Shown here: piece after piece, positions 7,398-13,980 of the stretch | How positions within the stretch are numbered: position 1 is the first letter of the stretch | Layout: each line of letters opens with the position of its first letter | NCBI RefSeq assembly: GCF_006345805.1 | Contig: NW_021825969.1 | Location: forward strand, 1-13,980 | Source: Octopus sinensis | Taxonomy: Eukaryota | Length of the DNA: 13,980 bases | Direction: 5' to 3' | The notes under the pieces: generated by a model | The model's input: only the letters and a program-made list of their open reading frames with translations | Told to the model about the DNA's origin: nothing | Database searches by the model: none | Program-made: the position numbers and the translations under genes

Positions 7398-8814
7398 TCC
7401 GGATTTTTGAAACATTATATCGTACTTGTATTAGTTTTCCTTTTTAACCATGAATCTAATTTCTGAATAAGGTTCATTTTATTAAAATTGTGACTCAAAA
7501 GCCGCACTCCGTGCGATCTTTTAGCCTAGCTCCTGCGGAGGGCTAATTGGGCCTGTAGCCCAAAACTAAAGGGAGCTAAATAGCATGACTGTAATATGTC
7601 TATAATGACTATATAAGCTCCGGTAGTGTTTCATCAGAGATTAAAGACGGGTGATTCTGTAATGCAATCATTCTATTTTTTCAGGCCCAAGATGAATTCC
7701 AGATGTTTGTCGCTAAGTTCTTTTATCGACGTAAACAAAACGAATATCATTTATCTCCCCCTTGATCTCTGACGTCATTTGACAAACGCCAACCAGGATG
7801 GCATGAATCAGCCAAGCTTTACTTGCTAGAAATAGCAACCAAAATGCTTATGAATAAGATCCTTAATACTGGATGTTCAAGAACAAAATGAAGGGCAGAT
7901 TTTCAATCCTAGGAGCATCCTGATTCTAAAATGGTATAATATGTCTATATAGAACTAGTGTAGATTGAGATACAAGAAAAAGTCCCAGACGGATAGAAAA
8001 ATTTCGCTTTTATTATTTAAATATATTTGATTTGTCCTGATATCCGCCTTGTGGCTAATTAACTGATGCCAACAACTTCTGGTTCATTTTATTTATAACG
8101 GAGTATTTATTTACCTGGTCACTCAGTCATGCTAAAAACAACAACCAATTGTTTATGAATTCATACTCTACCGTGCGTAAAATTACATCGCACCATTTTC
8201 TTTAAGGAAGTATATGTTAGCGCTAGCATCAATTTGTAAGTTTTTGTCCATACCACAACAAGCAAAGCCTGTATCTAGAAGTAAAGAATTATTGCCAAAC
8301 ACAGCTATCAACAGTGTCAGCCAGTTTCTTTTTAAATCCTAAATTCAGTCTTTGTATATAACATATTCCAAAAACATTGCAATATATCAATTATTCATAA
8401 TCATCCAAATAACTTGAGTTTTAGATTAAATTTAAACAACATTAAATGAAAAAGTTCAAAAGGAATTTAAGATGTTAAGAAGTAGTTAATTAACTACGTA
8501 TGTATTATTATTATTAAGTTTAATGATTGCTTGAACAATTTGTTCAGAACGTGTAACTGGTGTCGCTTTGGCAGCTATTGCGTACTGCAATTTATCAATA
8601 AATAAAAACATGAATAATGTAACGACTTTCAAAAGGGAATAAAGATTCGTGGAATTTCAAGTTAAATGTTTCTTTTCAATCAATGCAACTGTTTTCATGA
8701 AATGAATGCATTGGTAAATTTCTGCCTCAAATCGTTTACTTGCATGGTAATTATAATGCCTCCGTGACTGCTTTTTCAAGTATCTAAACATTTATAGATC
8801 AAATGAATATATTT

Positions 8815-9186
8815 ATATGCATGTGTGTATGTATGTATGTATGTATGGTGTGTCTGTACGTGTGTGTGTGTGTGTGTTGTGTGTGTGTGTGTATGTGTGT
8901 TTGTGTGTGTGTGTGTGAGTGTGTGTGTGTTTGTGTGTGAGTGTGTGTGTGTTTTGTGTGGAGTGTGTGTGTGTTTGTGTGTGAGTGTGTGTGTTTGTGT
9001 GTGAGTGGTGTGTGGTTGTTGTGTGTGTTTGTGTGTGTGTGTGTGTTGTGTGTGTTGTGTGAGTGTGTGTGTGTTGTGTGAGTGTGGTGTGTGTTGTGTT
9101 GTTGTGTGTGAGTGTGTGTGTGTGTGTGAGTGTGTGTGTGTTTGTGTGTATGTATGTATGGTGTGTCTGTACGTGTGTGTGCGTGG

Positions 9187-9218
<32 letters not shown>

Positions 9219-9232
9219 TGCATGCATGCACG
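8815..9232. repeat. Long imperfect (TG)n tract with an internal direct repeat
   Basis: About 420 bp of TG-rich repeat. The motif tatgtatgtatggtgtgtctgtacgtgtgtgtg occurs at about 8832-8865 and about 9148-9181. Confidence 0.95.
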
Positions 9233-9249
9233 TGTAGAAGTATTATCGT

Positions 9250-9480
9250 TTATTCTTCTATTCTTTTTACTTGTTTTCAGTCGTTTGTTTGCAGCCATGC
9301 TGGAGCACCTCCTCGATCAGTTTCAATGGACAAATCGACCTCAGGACTTTTTTTAAAAGGCTAGTACTTATTCGATCGGTATCTTTTGCCGAACCGTTAA
9401 ATCACGGGGGCATAAACACACCAACAACACCGGTTGTTAAGCGGGGATGGGGAAAACAAGCCACACAGACAGACACACAC
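9250..9480 (-). mobile_element. SINE family B 3' module only; head and CORE not found
   Basis: ttttacttgttttcagtc...gcagccatgctggagcacc...tagtacttattcgatcggtatcttttgccgaaccgttaaatcacggggg...accggttgttaagcg matches 3217-3420. Confidence 0.85.
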
Positions 9481-9611
9481 ACATATAAATATATATATAT
9501 AATATATATATAATATAAAATATTATTTGAGACAAAACCACTATTTTTTGCAAAACAAACAAGGAAAGACTTAATCAATACATAAATTTAATAAATAGTC
9601 AAAAAAAACCG

Positions 9612-9654
9612 CCACTACAATCGTTTCTTGTCTTGATCGACAATCTTCAGGTGG
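9612..9654 (-). ncRNA. Minimal type-I hammerhead ribozyme motif with intact core
   Basis: Minus strand: CCAC (stem I) CUGAAGA UUGUC-gaucaa-GACAA (stem II, 5 bp) GAAAC gauu GUA, cleavage site, GUGG (stem I). All core residues are present. Predicted cleavage falls between 9616 and 9615. Confidence 0.85.
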
Positions 9655-9702
9655 ACTTCCAATAATTCAGTTACAAATTTTGTAACTGAATTATTGGAAG
9701 TA

Positions 9703-9746
9703 CCACTGAAGAGATTGTCGATCAAGACAAGAAACGATTGTAGTGG
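9703..9746 (+). ncRNA. Second hammerhead copy, core perturbed as assembled
   Basis: CCA CUGAAGA [extra GA] UUGUC-gaucaa-GACAA GAAAC gauu GUA GUGG. One C is lost from stem I and a 2-nt insertion follows the CUGAAGA box. Confidence 0.65.
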
Positions 9747-9920
9747 CGGTTTTTTTGACTATTTATTAAATTTTATGTATTGATTAAGTCTTTCCTTGTT
9801 TGTTTTGCAAAATAGTGGTTTTGTCTCAAATAATATTTTATAATATTTTACTATAAAATTGGATTTAATCCTAAACTGATTTTTTTTCCCTGTAAATTTG
9901 GATATATTCCCTAATATTTA

Positions 9921-9933
9921 TTATATATATATA

Positions 9934-9977
<44 letters not shown>

Positions 9978-10168
9978 AATATATATACATACGCACACAT
10001 CCATATACACGTACATTCAAAAAAGATGTATGCATATGTAATTATGTACGTGTATATGAAAGATATGTTTGTGTGTGTGAGAGGAGAGAGTGCAACTTAC
10101 ACTTAGATGCAAAAATACATAATGACAACCCACACCTTCCCTCATTCTCTTTCTTTCTCTCTCTCGCA

Positions 10169-10203
<35 letters not shown>

Positions 10204-10230
10204 GTACATCTGATATACATGTACATACAT
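9921..10230. repeat. (TA)n, (CT)n and (CA)n microsatellite cluster with short spacers
   Basis: Direct reading: (TA)n about 9921-9990; (CT)n/(CA)n about 10145-10205. Confidence 0.85.
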
Positions 10231-10964
10231 CTTTCATTTTCTGCTCTCACTTCAAAGCAAATGTCGCCTGACACCTAGAAGACGCTTTGCTTACAGTGTC
10301 CAACTAGAAGAGAGCACAATAGCTCACTTCTTGCCGAATATTACAAGTCTTGAAATAAACAAATAAAAACAATAAGCGCTGTTTTAGTTTCTATTTTTTT
10401 TTTCTGTGTTAAGATTTATTCTAGATTTGATGTGACATCAATATAGATATGTAGAATGAGACGACTGTGTTTACATAAGGATTCCTTTAGGAGTTCAAAT
10501 GCAGTTTTCCAGCATTTTTCTGTTTCAGCATTGCAAGGGTCCATTGTCGGACTTTAGGATTTAACCTATTGGATTTAAGAGTTCATTATAAAAACGGAGA
10601 ATAAAGGATCTAACGTTCAGAAAATCTTTTTCTCGTCTCTGAGAAAAGAAGCAAAAGTGATATCATTTTAACCGCAATACAGTGTACTGTTCATGGTTAA
10701 TCATTAGTGCGTCCATATTTTCTGAATTTATCAAAAGTCGTCTGAAGAAACGTTGTTTTTTTTTTATTACTCCTAGTAAAAGTAAGCTATAGAAACATAA
10801 TATGCATAATATGCATGGTCAAGAAGGGTTAGTAACAGTGTCCAGACGAGAATTTCAGTTTTGTCATTTGTGAGACTTTTGTCCCAAATTTTCTTGACCC
10901 ATCACAATTAAATGACTTCATATTTTTCTACAGAATATTAATAATTTCAGCACAAGAAATGTTT

Positions 10965-11711
10965 CATTTTCATTCTTTTATTTTACTTGTTGTAGTCACT
11001 TGACAGCGACCATGCTGGAGCACCGCCTTGAAGGGTTTTACCTCCAAATTGAACGCACTTGAAGACGACCTTGAGACCTCCAAGACTTATTTTTTTTTAA
11101 CCTAGTACTTATTCTATCAGTCTCTTTTGCTGAACCGCTAAGTTACGGAGATGTAAACACGCCAACACCGATTGTCAAGCGGTGATGAGGTGGGGGGCAA
11201 ACACACACTTACATATATAAACCCCTTAGGTCATAAACGAACATGGGATTGTATCTAGAAAGTTCCCCTCCGGGGCGAAAATCCAGGCAAGGTTGTTTTG
11301 TGAAAGACCAGCAGTCGCCCATGCTACAAGCCACTTATATTATCCATACCACTGATGTTATCCAAGGGAAAGACAAAAGCCGATACAGTTTGTTACCAGT
11401 GACGTCACAACTCATTTCTATAGCTGAGTGAACTGGATCAATGCGAAAAAAAGTGTCTTGCTCAAGAACACAACGCACAGCCCGATCCGGGAATCGAACT
11501 CACTACCTCATGATTGTGAGCCCGACGCTCTAACCACTGAGCCATGCCACGACGGCTTTCTTTAATTTTCCGTCTACCAAATCCACTCCCAAAGCTTTAG
11601 TCGGCCCGAGGCTATAGTAGTAGACACTTGCTCAAGGTGCCACGCAGTAGGACTGAACCTGGATCCATGTGGTATGGAAGCAAGCTTCTTACCACACAGC
11701 CACGCCTTGTG
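10965..11711 (-). mobile_element. SINE family B split by a nested SINE: tail about 10965-11220, head and CORE 11549-11711
   Basis: The tail (accatgctggagcaccgcc...ctagtacttattctatcagtctcttttgctgaaccgctaagttacgg) and head (cgtctaccaaatccac...gtagacacttgctcaaggtgccacgcagtaggactgaacc...accacacagccacgcc) both match 3217-3637. Confidence 0.88.
11221..11548 (-). mobile_element. Full-length tRNA-derived SINE family E nested inside SINE B
   Basis: Minus strand: A-box tggctcagtgg, gttagagcgtcgggctcacaatcatgagg, B-box gagttcgattccc, CORE-like tgtgttcttgagcaagacac shared with family D, and a distinct 3' body ending atgacctaaggggt. Confidence 0.88.
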
Positions 11712-12344
11712 ACATTTTTTCTTTTTCTTTTTTTGTTGTTTTCTTTTGCTAAGCGACTTATTTGGTGTAGACGGAGAAGAACGGTGTAGAGTGCCGACCT
11801 ACTGCGGCAACTAGTTCTGCACAACACCATCCGGATGAATTAAAAGCCTATCTTGGTTTACTGTAGTTTACATAATTCCGGAACCGACAATAAAAGTAAC
11901 AATAATATTCTAGTATAAAGCTCTCGTGAAATCGCAACTGACCATAGTCCGTATCCTATTACCAACGTTGTATTGTGTCTACAGTTAAATTATTTACTCT
12001 TCTTTGTACTACCATTCTAAGATGTTGCTGTGTAACAGTACTTATCAAAGTACTGTTACTTATCAGGTTGGAGTATATACAAAGTTCATAATTATTGTGT
12101 TAGCTTACAGTATATTGTTGTAGAACTAGAGTATTCTGAGACAGAAAATATTGATCCAGTTCAATGCACCATTTTCAAGAAAACTGTGGATACTTCATCT
12201 CCAGAATGATCAGAAGTAATATTTAACTCAGAGATTAGTCATCATCGAAAAATCTGTTTCCTCCAAAAAAATAACAAAAAAAATGCAAATAGCAAAACAC
12301 ACACCCGAGCTCCTGTGCATAGCAAAACAAATAAATAGAGAGAT

Positions 12345-12372
12345 AAATAAATAAATAAATAAAATAAATAAA
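12345..12372. repeat. (AAAT)n tract
   Basis: Direct reading of the sequence. Confidence 0.85.
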
Positions 12373-12739
12373 ATCTTAAGAGGCGTATAGCTATGAAAGG
12401 AAATTATATGTGAAAATAAAAGGGGGTGGAACTGGAAAGGGATTGGAATTTAGGTACAAATATAGATATTTAACGTCACCTTTTAGTCAAGCAAATAAAA
12501 AGAAAATGGCTGTGATGTTTAAATCTTTTTTGAGAACATTCCCCATTTGAATAAGTGAATCACTGTCACTAAGCACATTAAATGACATTGTTTGACAATA
12601 ATTGCTCTCACAAGAGTATTCATTCACAGAGTAAATGGTAGGAAATAGCCTCAGCGGTAAATTGAAACCGAATCATAATTTCAGCACATTTGCGCTACAC
12701 ATTAGGATATTTAATGCTCGCCCTTCCTTCGAGATAAAC

Positions 12740-12870
12740 TTTTAACTTAAGTACAAAGCATGGAATTTAGAGGTGGGATAAAAAAAGAGCCGATTATGCT
12801 CACCACAGTAGATGACTGCTATTTATTATTTTTTATGGACAAAATGAATATGAGCGTAAGGGGCCAGAAC
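12740..12870 (-). mobile_element. Possible ancient, decayed SINE family A body
   Basis: ccgattatgctcaccacagtagatgactgctatttatt resembles tcgattacatcgaccccagtgcgagactggtactttattt (1851-1890). Low identity, aligned by eye only. Confidence 0.4.
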
Positions 12871-13052
12871 TAATTCCGGGAAACGCTTTGTTTCTCTTCT
12901 TTCAGCAAAGAAAAAGAAGAAAAAAAAAAGATTTGTAACGCTAATGATTTGCATATATCATTGTTCATTTAGTCAAATTAGATACACTTACTGCATTACC
13001 CAACTAATTAACTTTAATTTATTAAAAGAACGGCTTATTAGTGACAGTAATA

Positions 13053-13266
13053 GGCGAGTTGGAAGAATCGGTAGCGCGCTGGACGAAATGCTTAGCGATA
13101 TCTCGCTCGTCGCTGCGTGTTAAGTTCAAATTCCGCCGAGGTCGATTTTGTCGTTTCATCTTTCGGGGTCGATAAATTAAGTACCAGTTGCGTATTGGGG
13201 TCGATTTAATCGACTGCCCCCCGCCCTCCTCAAAGGTGTCAGGCCTTGTGCCTAAAGTAGAAATGG
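13053..13266 (+). mobile_element. Full-length monomeric SINE family A with 17-bp TSD
   Basis: ggcgagttggaagaatcggtagc...agttcaaattccgccgaggtcg...taccagttgcgtattggggtcgatttaatcgact. The TSD is ttattagtgacagtaat (13035-13051) versus ttattagtgacaataat (13267-13283), 16/17 identical. Confidence 0.93.
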
Positions 13267-13299
13267 TTATTAGTGACAATAATTTTTGCAGTCATCTGC

Positions 13300-13451
13300 T
13301 TTCGGATTCAGTCCCACAGCATGGACCCTTGGGCAAATGTTTCCTTGTGAATAGATTTGGTAGCCGGAAACTGAAAGATTCCCATTGTATATATACATTT
13401 TATGCGTGGGTGTGGGTGTATGTATGTGTGTGTTTTTATATGTATATGCAT

Positions 13452-13452
<1 letters not shown>
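13300..13452 (+). mobile_element. Decayed, internally deleted SINE family B head/CORE fragment
   Basis: ggattcagtcccacagcatggacccttgggcaaatgtttcc|ttgtgaatagatttggtagccggaaactgaaaga matches 6933-7028 with the tactctagcctcg segment deleted. Confidence 0.75.
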
Positions 13453-13540
<88 letters not shown>

Positions 13541-13666
13541 TATATATATATATGCATATACATATATAAACGCACACTACTACACACACGCACACTCATG
13601 CATAAATATATATACAATGAGCATCTTTCAGTTTTCGACTACCAAACCTATTCACAGGAAACATTT
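13335..13666. repeat. Inverted duplication (arms 13335-13452 and 13551-13666) around a (CA)n(TA)n loop
   Basis: The reverse complement of 13551-13666 reads aaatgtttcctgtgaataggtttggtagtcgaaaactgaaagatgctcattgtatatata...tatatgtatatgcata, collinear with 13335-13452 at roughly 80% identity by eye. Confidence 0.85.
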
Positions 13667-13765
13667 TTGTATTATTTGTCTGGATGTTTTGCATTCTTGT
13701 CCCATTTTTGGTATTCCTTTATATATACATATATTATAATATTATATATATATGAATTTATATAT

Positions 13766-13811
13766 AGAGGGCATTATACATACATGCCAGAGGGCATTAT
13801 ACATACATGCC
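13766..13811 (+). repeat. Perfect 23-bp tandem duplication
   Basis: agagggcattatacatacatgcc occurs twice (13766-13788 and 13789-13811). Confidence 0.95.
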
Positions 13812-13980
13812 ACACGCTAAGAGGGACAATTAGTCATTTCATTCTACCAAAATATTACTAATCCCACCGAAATGCATTTTTCAAAGTAAGACATTAAAAA
13901 TATAGACCTGTATCACAGTGATTTCATTCATACTTACTATTCATCAGCAGGCCTGAAGTATCATAAATAAACGACCCTGC

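Larger units (their letters stand above)
9514..9925. mobile_element. Head-to-head palindromic Penelope-like/retrozyme-like element: 164-bp arms, centre 9678, right arm extended to about 9925, embedded in (TA)n
   Basis: 9514-9677 is the reverse complement of 9679-9842 apart from small indels. Each arm carries a hammerhead motif. Inverted terminal-repeat pieces with hammerheads are an established Penelope-like element signature. The family assignment is inferred, since no RT or GIY-YIG coding sequence is present. Confidence 0.7.

Noticed and set aside
7500-7625. GC-richer patch with short hairpins (tagcc/ggcta, gggc/gccc)
   Set aside because: The stems are only 3-5 bp and no known RNA motif is recognisable.
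7685-7765. Acceptor ttctattttttcag followed by AQDEFQMFVAKFFYRRKQNEYHLSPP*
   Set aside because: No convincing donor, short open frames and no recognisable homology.
7770-7777. Perfect CRE palindrome TGACGTCA (also at 11400-11407 inside SINE E)
   Set aside because: An isolated 8-mer with no promoter context; function cannot be supported from sequence.
483-10760. Other CTGANGA matches (about 483, 830, 5733, 10742) and a cagaaga...gaga variant near 5173
   Set aside because: None has a following stem II plus GAAA plus UH arrangement; this is the expected chance frequency.
1650-13861. ORF-track proteins rich in CV, HT, YI or poly-Ile/Thr, including the 134-183 aa ORFs
   Set aside because: They are translations of microsatellites and SINE sequence, with no domain content or coding-like composition.

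Overview
Eukaryotic, AT-rich, repeat-dense non-coding DNA, most likely a coleoid cephalopod (Octopus-like). That assignment is inferred from my recollection of the SINE families and the microsatellite load; it was not searched. No protein-coding gene is supportable: almost all listed ORFs are microsatellite or SINE read-throughs. The window holds a 3' fragment of a CR1/L2-group LINE, about 12 full or partial tRNA-derived SINE copies in five families (my labels A-E), a hAT/Charlie-type remnant and many microsatellites. The most notable signals are (i) a 329-bp head-to-head palindrome (9514-9842) whose arms carry a minimal type-I hammerhead ribozyme, intact on the minus strand, in a Penelope-like/retrozyme-like architecture; (ii) a second, older and unrelated family with decayed hammerhead motifs arranged as an inverted partial copy plus tandem copies (4234-5003); and (iii) repeated fold-back duplications and nested insertions centred on (TA)/(CA) tracts.
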